The notes under the pieces are model-generated. The model had not been told where the DNA came from. It searched no databases and saw only the letters and a program-made list of their open reading frames with translations. DNA of 64,000 nt. Source: Eledone cirrhosa. Lineage: Eukaryota. Position numbers and translations under genes: made by a program. The DNA is taken from assembly GCA_964016885.1 (NCBI GenBank), contig OZ024745.1, forward strand, positions 130,448,001 through 130,512,000, written 5' to 3'. Of this stretch, positions 25,691-39,852 are shown piece by piece. Each line of letters opens with the position of its first letter. Positions within the stretch are counted from its first letter, which is position 1.

Positions 25691-26242
25691 TATATTTGAA
25701 AAAAAGGAAAAGAGTGACTTCACTTGTAGTGCTAAATAATTTGATTTAATTTTATAATATTATAATATTATGAATTGGTAGATCTAGTAAGTTCTTTGTT
25801 AAATTCGGTGGGAAGAATTTTAAAGATTCCTAGTTAACTTTCTTGGAGAACTTTCTCGCATTCATCGGTGGCGATTGTCAAACTGAGTTCAGGTTGTGTT
25901 GTGATGTGTGACTCTATATATAAGAGAGATTTGGATGTGTTTGGGGGTGGGGGTGTTAATGAGTGTGGGACTGAAGGATTGTTGATGATGATTTAAAGGA
26001 ATTAAAACATACAGAAACACACACGTACACACACACATACATACATATATACATATATACACACAGAAAATGGTGAAGGTTGACAGCGAGAAAAGAGTGT
26101 TTAAGAAAGTCGTTGTAAAAGTCCCCTCCTGGTGGTTCTATTTCAATAAATGACATTTTAAGAATATAATGGCAGGACGTTTTTCAAATTCGTCTCTTAA
26201 AATTATTTAAAACTACAAGTGAAGTTATTCTTTTCCTTTTTT

Positions 26243-26251
<9 letters not shown>
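25691..26251 (-). mobile_element. TA-flanked element with ~50-bp inverted ends and a variant hammerhead-like motif
   Basis: Arms 25691-25742 and 26200-26251; 25700-25885 recurs inverted at 52633-52807. Confidence 0.65.
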
Positions 26252-26286
<35 letters not shown>

Positions 26287-26390
26287 TATTATATATCAAA
26301 GGCATGTATTGATTTAGAAACTCAAAATAGTCTCATTAAAATAAATTTTACGATTTTAACACATATGTATATGTCTGTTCTTTTTCGTTC

Positions 26391-26484
<94 letters not shown>

Positions 26485-26494
26485 ATATAAATCA

Positions 26495-26663
26495 GGATCG
26501 AACCAGTTTAAAACTAACTACACCATTACTGAACAGAGTAATCGATACTTGTGGTAGTAGTGTATGGTTATATTATAAAGTATCGGGACGTGACGGCTGA
26601 GCTATTGCCGGATAGGTCTGGAACTAGCTGTTGAAATGGCAAGAGTTCAGCCGTTGGGTCTCT
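26495..26663 (-). mobile_element. Degenerate family B element
   Basis: gacggctgagct...ctagctgttgaaatggcaagagttcagccgttgggtc. Confidence 0.5.
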
Positions 26664-27270
26664 TATGTATGTATGTCAGTGTTGACGCTTATATTTGTTT
26701 AAAAGATATTTATACTCTGAATCATTTGTCTAGTAAATTACTGGGTCGAGAAACAGTGATCGATAAAGAAGGACTGAGATTATTATTTTGAAGACTATAC
26801 ACCAGCATGATGACAATCCAATGACACAATCTAATATGAGAGGAGAGGAATATACATTAATGTGTATATGCATATGTGCAGGAAGAAAGCATGGCTAAAC
26901 ATTAAGATAGAAAATTAAAGAGACTGCGTGAAAGATGTAAATAGTCAGATGAAAAGGAGGATATAATAGGGGGAAACAGAAAAAAGATACAAAGAAAAAG
27001 AGAGCGAGAGCGAAAGAGAGTGTGAGAGAGAGAGGGGGGGGAGATAGAGGGGGGGGTGAGAGAGGATGAGAGATAGAAGCGTACTTCACGATACACTGAA
27101 GCAGAAAAGCTGAATGAAGAGGGCCTTAAGAGAAGATAGGGATATAAAGTAAATAGGGAAACCGGAATGCTATTGTGAGTGCTAATTTGTATGCGTATAT
27201 ATATATATATATGCATACATATATATATAATATATATATACACACACACACATATATATATATATATTCA

Positions 27271-27367
<97 letters not shown>

Positions 27368-28130
27368 GTGTGTGTATTTATATGCGTGTGTATGTGTATC
27401 TATGAATTTAATGAATAGTTGTGTCCATACATATACACATACTTCTGTGCTTGCCACTACACTATTCTGTACTGATTTAACCATATCTAAATTTTAATTG
27501 GTTTGAAGTTGTTTTGTTAACGATACTTCTTCAGTCTTTCCCCCTCTCTTGAAATAGTAACTTTTAAAAACTTTTCCACAAAATCTTGCTTGGCGTACAT
27601 TTATCTTTAGTTCTTCAAATCCGAATTTAATGCTAATTACTCAAGATATCAGATTCATTTTTCAGCTTAATTTTTCTTCGAAAAATGTTCTTGCGTGAAA
27701 ATACATATCCCTGAGTATGTAATCGCCTCTGAGAATTTGTGCGTATACGTATACGTGTCGTTTTTGTGGATATATATGTATAATAGTTGTATAAAGGAAG
27801 AGATTACGTGTACGTGTATGTGTTATTAAAGAAACGTGTAGGTGAATGTGCATTGATATTTCCCTGTTTCTCACTAAGAATCTAATTAACAATCAGTGGA
27901 TATTTTTAACATAAAACTTTAAATACTATTACCATTTATTGGCGCATATATATTTCCTTCCTCTCTTTCCACTCCTATTACTTTATTTCTGTCTTACTCT
28001 CTCCTTCAATCTCACTGTTTCTTTGTCTCTCTGTCTCTCTCTTTATGTAGCTCTTACAATAACCCTGTTTAATTGTGTGACTGTATGTCTGTGATTGTGT
28101 GTATGTATTGATACGCATAAAACATTATCC

Positions 28131-28167
<37 letters not shown>

Positions 28168-28169
<2 letters not shown>

Positions 28170-28311
28170 AATAATTCTGAGAATTAGCCGTCGAAACGGC
28201 TTGAGCTCAGCCGTCGGGGTCTTACTGGTTCCTATTACCCACTCTACTACCCTAAGTATTGAGTACTTTGGTGCGTTATGGTCCACCTGGTTCCTTACCA
28301 CATTTCCTTCG

Positions 28312-28314
<3 letters not shown>
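28168..28314 (+). mobile_element. Family B element (single arm)
   Basis: gaattagccgtc-GAAAC-GGC ttgagctca GCC-GTC-ggggtc plus conserved tail ending ttccttcgtta(TA)n. Confidence 0.88.
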
Positions 28315-28387
<73 letters not shown>

Positions 28388-28854
28388 TGTATGCTGTAAA
28401 TAGATAGCAGTATACGACATACGACCTGTAGATTACTTATCTATATTGATTGCCGATCAACTGATGAAGTCTTCAACATATGTACGTGTTGTTGACTGAC
28501 AACAATAATGGCATTATACTTTGTTACTAAATTCACTTTTTTCTAACTAGCTGTTGCGTTTAATGTCTCATTGTCTTAGCTAATTAATAGATCTAAGTTC
28601 AATATTTTTCATTTTGATATAGAACTCTTCCCAATCCGTTTGCATAAGCAAAACATTCTTCTTTAATTGCAGAATATTACTTCTATTACTTACCATTTCA
28701 CTTACATTCCAGTTTCATTATTGAATTAAAGTAGTTTCTAGGCGCGAAAGTGTTGGATGTGCGTATATGCACATGCGCACCTGTACCTTTTATCAATGTT
28801 ATATACGTGTGAATTCAAACACATATAAGCACACACACTATTAGAGGCGTTCCG

Positions 28855-29310
28855 TTGTGTTATTTTCCAACTTCTCCAGAATTTTCCCAGCCATAGCGTT
28901 TCTTTTAGTCTTCTCAAATAAAGTAAGATGTTATTTAGTCTGTATTATATAGGGGTGCATCTTAAGGCCTTCTTAGACAACCTTTCAACTTTTCTGGAAG
29001 TTTCTGTGGAGAGACCCAAGGATTGGCTTCTCCTATGGAGCGACCTTCTTGAGCTCTTAACCCATATCAAAAGTCACATATGTACGCTTCCGAGGTTGTC
29101 CAGGGTAGTTTGGACGGTCTTAGGATATTGTATCAGGTTCTGTATTTTCTCATATATCTCAAGGTCCTTTACACTCTGTATATTGGTTTTCAAGCGAGAT
29201 TTGAACTTTCGGAAAGAATGCATGAAATTGCTCCTGGACCTACTTGTATGAACCGCTCTCATAGTAGAGTTTCCCACAGAAGATCTGGTAATGGAGCACA
29301 TACACACCTT
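28855..29310 (-). pseudogene. Tc1/mariner-type transposase N-terminal fragment (DUF4817-like HTH)
   Basis: Frames join as LYYESGSYK*VQEQFHAFFP..KTNIQ..PKTVQT..N...V...SSRRSLHRRSQSLGLS...KMHPYIIQ; frameshifts and stops. Confidence 0.65.
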
Positions 29311-29434
29311 CAAAGCGACATAAGTACGAGTTACATTTCTATACACACATGGCACACTAGCCTCCAGCAGTATCCGCAGTTGAAAATGTTTTGAAAAACA
29401 ACCCAATATGGTAAGAATGCAAAAATGTAAAAAG

Positions 29435-29868
<434 letters not shown>

Positions 29869-29914
29869 TATATATATATATATATACACATATTTATATG
29901 TATATATACATATA

Positions 29915-29945
<31 letters not shown>

Positions 29946-29963
29946 GTACATGTATATATATAC

Positions 29964-30062
<99 letters not shown>

Positions 30063-30074
30063 TACATATATATA

Positions 30075-30105
<31 letters not shown>

Positions 30106-30456
30106 GTATATATATACATATATACATATATATATATATACATATATACATAAATATATATATATATATATAAATTATACATATACATATATGTGTGTGC
30201 ATGTATTTATGGCATCCGTGTGGGGAGGGGGGATCTAGATGTGACAGTATATATTGCACACCTGAGGATATCTAAAGTCAGTGTGGTGTTTCCTTGCGGT
30301 GAAAATTAGAAAAAATATAGAGCGAGTAAAATATATAAATAAAATAATTCAAACAAATTAAAGTTTGACCTCCTTTCATTCTGCAGCTGTTGAACAGAAA
30401 TAATTTCCTTCTGTATGTTTTGTTTGTTATGTTTGTGTGTTTATTTATTTGATGTA

Positions 30457-30538
<82 letters not shown>

Positions 30539-30568
30539 TACATACATATACATACATATGTATATGTA

Positions 30569-30600
<32 letters not shown>

Positions 30601-30630
30601 CGTATGTATGTGTATGTATATGTATGTATA

Positions 30631-30724
<94 letters not shown>

Positions 30725-32082
30725 CGTATGTATGTGTATGTATATATATGTATATATAAGTATATATATATATATATATTTGTGTGTGTGTGTGTATACA
30801 CACACACACACACATTTATCTTTTCTTTTCCATCTCTTAGAATCTTCTCATTCATAGTTTTCTCTCATACTTTTTCTTGATATTTTTTTTTCTAATCTTT
30901 GCTTTAATTCTCATGCCTGCTTCTTGAAAAAGAATTTGTAACCAATCTACTAAAACTGTGAATAAATTCTCGAAAGTGTAATCACAAAGAATAAAAGAAA
31001 ATATGTAAATTCCTTTTTATATAAAAACGTCAGCATTAACTGTTGAAGATTGCTCCAATAACAAACATTTCTGTATATAGGTTGATGTTTCTTCTATTTC
31101 CTCAGACATTTACAAAGATTGTCGATAATTTCGCTTTGATTACGTATATTTCTTTATTATTTTTACATCAGTTGAAATTGTATACTATATGCTGTGACCT
31201 TCAACGGTGTTACTTGACTAATCTTTTTAGTTTTTGTTTGAAAACATCTCAACCCCGCCTTTAAATAAAATAGTACAATCAAGAAAACCACATGAATAAA
31301 TTATATTCCTTCTAAATCTTGCAAATATGGTTGTTACAGTTTTATAAAATCATATGTATTCATCTTCTTATAAAGACCAGTTACAATATCGTCAATTAAT
31401 CCTTAAACATTTCCGAAATTTCAGAATATAAAATCCTAAGATCTAGTTAAAATGTTTAAAGTAATTTTCTGTGCGGGATGTGCATACGCAATTTCCTCTA
31501 CATGTGTATATAAGCATATCAATGTGTGGGTGTGTTTCTATATGATATAAAGATCTTGAGTGGCTCCGTGGGTATATGTTCTATCATAGCCTCATGTCAA
31601 CCTAAACTTCTGGGTGAAATAGGTTAGACGAAACCTTTGTCCGCAACGTTTAGCCAGAACCACAATGTCTCACATAGTGCTATGCTAGTTACATTCGACG
31701 CTTTCCTTCAATGTGGCATTGTCTGTAGAATTCGCAGCTAAATTCTCTATAGCTTAATGACTAGGATTTTTTGTTGATCGAAGAATGAGAAAATTAATTT
31801 ATTGAAACTAAATCCATTTATATCCGTCTATTCATATCTGAGCTAAGCAAGTAGATGAAAGATTTGTTTGATGCTTATTAAAATGAGAAATTTTATATAA
31901 TTCATCCGCACCACATTGTTCGTTACCAATAATGAATGGCGTCTGTGGAATTATAAAAGCAATATTATTCTTTTCTACACACAAAACAGTGTAGAACGAA
32001 CGAAGCTAAATTTTGTAGCGTTCTCCATTAGGCGAAATTAGTTTATTGTAGTCACCCAAAAGGGTTATATTAGAGACCTGAC

Positions 32083-32151
<69 letters not shown>

Positions 32152-32574
32152 GTGTGTGTGTGTGTGTGAGTGTATGTGTGTGCATCTGTGTTTGTGTGTA
32201 TGTGCATGAGTGTGCGCGTCCGTGTGTTGATTCACTCGCATACACATACACGCATATATACAGATAGATAGATAGATATGTGTGTGTATGTGTGTGTGTG
32301 TGTGTATGTGTGTGTGTGTGAGTGTGGGCATGAATGTGCACGTGCGTGTGTTGATACATATATATATGCATATATATATTTGCATATATATGCATATATA
32401 TATATGCATCTATATATATATGCATATATATGCCTATATATGCATATATATGCATGTGTGTATATGCGAGTGCATCAAGAATCGCACGCGCACACTCATG
32501 CACACACACACACAAAAACACACACAGAAATACACACACATATATCTATCTCTCTCTCTCTATATATATATATA

Positions 32575-32988
32575 TAATATTAATTCAAAATATTAACAAA
32601 ATAGATATTCTTGTGAGCAATTATATTTTATTATACATATTTCAGAGGTACTGAGTTAAGTTCAACAGTACGTCCTCATCAGATAAAATAAAATGATACA
32701 TGACATACCCTGACATATTAGATGGTTAAGATTTAGTCATGGTAGTGATTAACTTATGACAAAACTCAATATTTATACCCTAATATTGTGAAGATGAGAT
32801 AACATAATACAAACAATAGAGAGGGTGAGTGTAATAGAGTTTAAGAAATACATGGCATCAATATAACAGTTATAACATTTTGGAATTTTAAAAACTACTG
32901 GAGAAAGAGGAGGGAAAGGAAAGCATAGAGGAAGAAACATTCTTTGATGTATTCATTGAACCTTGTTTAACTTTTAAATATATATATA

Positions 32989-33053
<65 letters not shown>

Positions 33054-33195
33054 CAAAGAGTTATTTAATTTGTTGGTTATTCAACAAATCTTATTATAAC
33101 AGATTCGAAGCACTCTACAGTATTCTTCTGGAGTATAATATCAATGATATTAATAAATGGAAACTATCCTTTATAAACCCTATTTATTTGATTAT
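32575..33195 (-). mobile_element. Family A element pieces separated by (TA)n
   Basis: HHR plus upstream region at 32575-32975; tail copy at 33051-33195. Confidence 0.7.
32624..32690 (-). ncRNA. Type I hammerhead (family A)
   Basis: TATTTTAT-CTGATGA-GGA C GTACTG/CAGTAC C TCT-GAAA-TATGTA-TA-ATAAAATA; 8-bp stem I. Confidence 0.85.
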
Positions 33196-33448
33196 ATATA
33201 ATCTTTGTCTCTTTACAACCTGAGTTCGAATACCAACACGGTCATCTTTGCCACTCACGTTTCGGTATCGCTATATAAATTACCATTAATATACTGTAGT
33301 GGATTCACCTTCTCATTCTATTTTCTCTCTCCTTTTCTCGCTCAATATTTATAACGCCCTCTGTTTCATTCTCTCTCCCTCTCCCTCTTGCTCCAGTCTC
33401 CTCTCCCCCACTCTCTCTCTCTTTTGCTCCACTCTGCCTCTTTCTCTT

Positions 33449-33507
<59 letters not shown>

Positions 33508-33684
33508 CACTCTCCCTCTCTCTCTTTCCCTCTCTCTCTCTTTCTCTCTTCCTCTCTCTTCCTCTCTCTCCCTGCCTCCCCCTCCTCTCTCTCTATTACT
33601 CATTTTATTTAACTGTAATTCAATCATCCTATCTTCTCAAGTTGTGTCATTGATTGAATTCTGAGAATTTAAAAAGAGCACATA

Positions 33685-33949
33685 CGAGGGGATGTTGAAA
33701 GGTTTCTGGTTTTAAGGGTATCACAAATGAATAGAGTTGTTACCTTTGCATGGGAGGTAGGACCACTGCAATAAGTGTGTGAATCTGAGAGGGGAATATG
33801 TTGAATAAAATCATAATTAACTGATCCTCCTGTATTTTCTTTTAACTGATCCTCCTGTATTTTCTCTTAACTGATCCTCCTGTATTCTATTTTAACTGAT
33901 CCTCCTGTATGTTCATATCCAAAGCCATTAAACTTTCAGCATCGCCTCG
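33685..33949. mobile_element. Mariner-type MITE with internal ~24-bp tandem repeat
   Basis: TA|CGAGGGGATGTTGAAAG ... CTTTCAGCATCGCCTCG|TA; ttaactgatcctcctgtat x4 at 33818-33910. Confidence 0.8.
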
Positions 33950-35059
33950 TATTTGTGTGGAATACTCGACCATTTTGTAGTTAGTAGGTATCAGTTTGAT
34001 GAACAAATGCATGTCATTGACGAAACAGTCGGGGAATCTCCCGCGCAGTTTATTTCAAAACTAATTTCGTTATATTTTTAAAAAATCAGCAAGCACAGTT
34101 TCTTTCAATAAACATACACATCACATCACATATCGTTTCATTTATTCTAAATTATTTTATACATCTTCCATTTTCCTCAAAACTATTCAAGGATCATTAA
34201 AGTTATTTTAGGCTGTTCAGATTTAGAATGCCACAATATCTTCCAGAGCAATAATAAGCTGGATTTTGACAGGACATATTTCAATACATCTCACAGAAAC
34301 TAATACAAATATATATACAGAGACGCACATATGGACAATCCAACACACGCGTGGTCCTGAGCCTGTGTGTATATATGTATGCGTGTATGTGTGCATACTA
34401 AAGCCCACTGAAGCTGACATACACACAGAGAGATAAATGTTTGTATGCGAGATTGCTTTACTTGTGTGTGTGCACATGCGCGTGTTTGTACGCATGCGCA
34501 TATATCTGAGTGTCATATTTTCTGTACTTGTAAGTATATCTGTGTGTAAGATGCATTTTGAAGAATTGTCTTAAAACTTTATAAATCAAATGGCACTTCC
34601 CGTATTTCTGGTACTTACCTACATCCTTTAGTTTATATCAATATAACAGAGAGTTGTTGGAATGTATTAAAATAAATCATTTCTGATTCGAGTGCCAAGC
34701 GAAAACAAGACAAAACAGGTGAAGAAACATCTAAACAGCAATAGCGAAAAATTTAAAGAACTGGAGCGTGTTAAATGAAACAAAACAAGAGCTTCTTTGG
34801 TCACATGACAACACACTTCATCCCTTTACACACTGCATAAGTTTTCTGCAAAGAGTAGCTCACGTAGGCATACTCAAGCATACGTACACACATACAATCA
34901 CATATACAAACGTATATATTTATACATGTATATATATATATATATATGTGTGTGTGTATATATATATATGTGTGTGTGTATACATATATATATACATACA
35001 TATATAGATGTATGTATGTATATATATATATATATATAATATATATAATATATATAATA

Positions 35060-35128
<69 letters not shown>

Positions 35129-35136
35129 TATATGCC

Positions 35137-35340
35137 TAACGAAGGAAGTGTAGTAAGGAACCAGGTGGACCATAACCCACCAGAGTATTCGATACTTTGT
35201 ACTTTGGATAGTAGAGTGGGTAATAGGAAAAGAGTCAGGATCTCGACGGCAGAGCTCAAGCCGTTTCGACGGCTATTTCTGGACAGAAATAGCCGTCGAA
35301 ACGTCTTGAGCCCTGCCGTCGGTGTTTTAACTCTTTTCCT
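35137..35340 (-). mobile_element. Family B palindromic element
   Basis: Centre gacggctatttct-ggac-agaaatagccgtc; reverse-complemented tail. Confidence 0.85.
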
Positions 35341-35354
35341 ATATATATATACTT

Positions 35355-35473
<119 letters not shown>

Positions 35474-35520
35474 ATACATACGATATTAACAAATGGAAAC
35501 TATATTTATAAAACCATATT

Positions 35521-35585
35521 TATTTGATTATACATATTTCAAGGACACCAAGTTAAATTATGGTGTGCTTTCATCAGATAAAATA
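35521..35585 (-). ncRNA. Type I hammerhead (family A)
   Basis: TATTTTAT-CTGATGA-AAG C ACACCA/TGGTGT C CTT-GAAA-TATGTA-TA-ATCAAATA. Confidence 0.82.
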
Positions 35586-35784
35586 TAATATAGAGCAGTT
35601 TTATAAATAAATATTGACATACCCTTAAAGAATGCAACCATTACTGTTGGAAGCTCCCGGGAGCTTCCAACATATATCTACATATATATACATTACATAT
35701 GATCATGTTCGCTATTTTCAATATGCCTCATTGTTGTCCTTGTACCTAAATGAGAAACCAAACCATTACTATAAATGATAGTGA

Positions 35785-35992
35785 GGGCGGTGGGTTGGCA
35801 GCATTGGTAGTACGTCGGACAACATGCTTTGCAGCATATAGTTACGTCCCTTTACGTTATGTGTTCAAATCCCGCTGAGGTCAGTTTTGCGTTTCATCCT
35901 TACGGGAGTCGATAAAATAAAATACTAGTAATGAACTGGGGTCGATTTAATCGACTTTCTCCTCCTCCAAAATGATTGGCCTTGTGCCTAAA
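35785..35992 (+). mobile_element. SINE, long-tail variant
   Basis: Head, core and ggggtcgatttaatcgac tail. Confidence 0.85.
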
Positions 35993-36147
35993 TGAGGAGA
36001 AACCATTCCTGTAAATGATGATCATCAGTGGTGGTGTATGCTTGAGCTATAACACCTTGTCTTCTTCTCAATCTTGTGTCCTGATGCAGAAAAATCTGAT
36101 GTGAAAACGAGATACAGAAGGGAATATCAGCGACAAAGCCACATATT

Positions 36148-36799
36148 ATAATTGTTTCTACTTTTGGCACAAGGCAAGCAATTACCCCAGTACATTACTG
36201 GTACTTTATTTTATCGACCCCGTAAGGATGACAGGCAAAGTCAACCTCAGCGGGATTTGAACTCAGACCGTAAAGGGACGTAACTATGCTAGAAAGCATG
36301 GTGTCCGACCCTCCACTGATATTGCCAATTCTAATGAAAGGATTTTAACGGTTAATTGATTAGATAGGTTAAATATATTAATTGATAGTTTCATTAAGCA
36401 ACTTTCATTAAAAAAGTTGAGTTAACTGATTAATAATAAAAACCTCAGTGAAAATCCTTCTCTACTCATATGACCCGTCTAAAGTAAAATACTATCCCAT
36501 AATAATTGTTTCTACTTTTGGCACAAGGCCAGCAATTACCCCAGTGCATAACTGGTATTTTATGTTATCGACCCCGTAAGGATGAAAAGCAAAGTTAACC
36601 TCGGCGGGATTTGAACTCAGTCCGTAAAGGGATGTAACTCTATGCTGGAAAGCATGGCGTCCGACTCCCTACCGATACTGTCAATAAAGAAATTCATAAT
36701 AACTGTTTCTACTTTTGGCACAAGGTCAGCAATTATCCCAGTACATTTCTGGTACTTTATGTTATCGACCCCGTAAGGATGAAAGGCAAAGTTAACCTA
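36148..36799 (-). mobile_element. Three co-oriented SINE copies (36148-36330, 36500-36684, partial 36697-36799)
   Basis: Each matches the main family. Confidence 0.9.
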
Positions 36800-38561
36800 A
36801 TTCATAATAACCAGCTTCTGCTAGATTTGTAGGGAACGAGGTAAATATGTATTTGCTTTTATGTTTCCCTCCTTATCTCACAGAAGACATATACATCATC
36901 TATATGCTGTATCAATCTATCTGTCTATTTCTATATCTGTCTATCTCTGTCTATCTATCTTTTTATCTATCTATCAACATACCTATCTATCTACTTCTCT
37001 ATTGATCTATCTATCTATTTATCTATTTATCTATCTATTCCCCCTTTGTATTTGTCCCCTTCTGTTGTGCCCCTGTGGCTAATAAAGAAACATATCTATC
37101 TATCAACATCTCACTCTATCTACTTGTCTGTCTATCAATCTACATTCATCCTTCAATATGCTCTCATTTTCTTAGTCAGAGTGTATATCGTAAAGGATTA
37201 TCTACCGTAATTATCTACCTTATTGCAAAGGTGTGTTACGATTTGAGGAAGACTTGGTTCTCATTCTCACGTAAAACGCTGTTTTAGTCCCGTTTTCTGT
37301 ATAAATGAATTCATGTGATTTCTCCTCTATTTTATACTCAACCACTTGAGCGATAACCTTTTATACACATATGTTGTTATAATCTAGTGATCTTAGTGTA
37401 TATTGTAATGTTTTGTGTAGTATTTGTGATATAATCTCTCAATAGTGTCTCGTTATTGTCAACAAAATGTATGAAGCATTGGAAGGCAACACAAAATATA
37501 TACACTTTATGTAGAAAGCAATGTAAATCAATGAATAATATTGTTATTATTTTTGCCGACAAGCCCTGGAGACAAGCCCCGTTTTCTCGCTTTTATTCAT
37601 TCACATTTGGAAGTGACAAAGAAATTATATTCATGCATTTCAAAATATTGCATGGTTTCCATAAGGCTAATGCTTCTACTCTAACGTCTATTCTTTGGCT
37701 GGTTATATTCATGTTCCTTTAAATTGATAGGAATGGCTATAACTGGCTTTCGTATATGCATTGGCCATAGAATGACTGTATAGTGTTCATGGCTATAAAT
37801 TCTATATATGTTTCGTTATATCTGAAGACTTATGGATGTGTTTATTCTTGGAAATTTCTTTAAATTTTCGTGTAATGTATATTGCAAAATGGCGGCGTTT
37901 TTATTTTTAACTCTTTTCATGATATTGACAATATCATTCTAGGAGTGTACTACGGTTTTTTGGTTATGGGGCCTTTACAACATATGAAGGTGTAGACCAT
38001 AAATATCAAAAGGTTTTATAATAGGAATAACATTGAGGCAAGCAGCAATTGCACGAAACATGTTGTTGCTTCCATAGCCAGTTCTTTTTCTTTGTGAAAT
38101 TTGAACAACCTTATTATACGTACTCAGTGGCTTTATAAAGCATCAGCTTTTCCTTCTAATATGTCCGTTAGAGTTAATAGGGAAATATATATATAGGCCT
38201 TTGAGAAATATCTCTTTAAAAGGAATACTTGCATTATAAATACACATTCAGATACTTAAGATGAAGCCTGCCAATTCACTATATAAATAGACGTAATGTT
38301 TAAAGTGTGGTAATAGGAAGAATTATATGGTCGATTTTTCCATTATATAGCATTGCATCAAAATGGTTGATCTCTGAAATTCTGAGTAAAATGTCAATCG
38401 TTTGCGATGTTAAAGGTAATAGCATGACTGGGTGATTCTTACAGAAACATCTATCTCTATTTATTGCAGGAATTCTCACTACCAAAGATAAAATATGATG
38501 TTCTTTTCTGTATAATATATTATATATACATTGAAAGATGTTAAAACATTTCAAAATATAT

Positions 38562-38830
38562 ACAGGGTGAAAATAAAGTCTTTCCTTGATTATAAAATAC
38601 CATATCTCGGATACTATTTTATTGTTTTGATTTATAAATGTTATGTTTAACGTTTTCTGAACATGTTATATATTTTCTCTTCTACATGAAGTAGTTGTAA
38701 TTTTCAGTAACAAAATGGCGTTTCTGAAACACAAAGTCATACTTGATGCTCACTCTGTATATGATCATTCGAAGAATTCACTAAAACCTCATTATCAGAT
38801 TATATATTTTTGGGGTCACGTGTGTGTATT
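38562..38830 (+). mobile_element. Degenerate Tc1/mariner deletion derivative
   Basis: TA|CAGGGTG start, AAAATGGCG, and a DY-FWGHV remnant (compare DFFLWGY). Confidence 0.4.
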
Positions 38831-39270
38831 ATTCATATAACACAGAACACATACTATCTTAAGTTCTTGAGCGTGAATATACGGATATCACGAAAACTGA
38901 ATGTGTGTAATATATTTTGAAATATTTATTTTTATGATTAATCATATTTCCATGTTTGCGGATATTTGTTTGTATATCGAGTTTGGCTGCTAGTTCAATC
39001 GCGTAAAATATCGATAACTTGAAAATCACTGCTGCAACTCAACAAACTTCAGATTCTAATAAAATCTACACCACTCTACCTTATATATTGGATATTTTCC
39101 ATTTCAGCCAAACCTACACACACATCCACAGGTATGTGTATACAGGGTGTATCAAACCGAATCGTTGATTTATTTAATATATATCGGCGTGTAAATCGGA
39201 TGATGATACTCTTTGATATTATATATACTGCATATGTACTCTTGGTAGCAGCGGCTCTTGCTAGGGGGCT

Positions 39271-39319
<49 letters not shown>

Positions 39320-39572
39320 GAGGAGGAGGAGGAGGAGGAGGGGGGGGGGGGGCGATCCATTGAACGAATCGCCCAGTATATACGTATAAGTAGTACAATG
39401 CGTGAATTTTAGTAAATGTTCGGTCAGTGAAGTCGAGTACACACAGACACACACACACACACACACAACACCCCCACTACCCCCCACACACACACCACCA
39501 CCACCCATATATATATATATATATATAGTGACGAAACATAAGTCAATTGCATGAACTCATAATCCTTTATTT

Positions 39573-39628
39573 ACTGCTATATATATTTCGATGATAGCCA
39601 TTGAATGGCTATGACCTCATCAGGCAGT
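39573..39628 (-). ncRNA. Type I hammerhead ribozyme
   Basis: ACTGC-CTGATGA-GGT C ATAGCCAT/ATGGCTAT C ATC-GAAA-TATATA-TA-GCAGT; all stems pair. Confidence 0.88.
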
Positions 39629-39706
39629 TAGTCAGTTCTTAGATATGCCAGCTCTGTGTTTATAGTGTTGATGGTATCAGAGCCTTGGGACATATATATA
39701 TATATA

Positions 39707-39852
39707 TAACGAAGGAAGTGTGGTAAGGAACCAGATGGACCATAACGCACTAGAGTACTCAATACTTAGGGTAGGAGAGTGCGTAATAGGAAAAAGTTCA
39801 AGCCGTCGAAATGGGTTGAGCTCTGCCGCTGGGGTTTGAACTTGTTGTTCCT
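39707..39852 (-). mobile_element. Family B element, centre deleted
   Basis: Tail aacgaaggaagtgtggtaaggaacc... plus inverted half. Confidence 0.8.

Noticed and set aside
31594-31645. GTCAACCTA/TAGGTTAGAC-GAAAC-CTTT-GTC half hammerhead
   Set aside because: No CTGANGA upstream, no stem I and no second copy in the window
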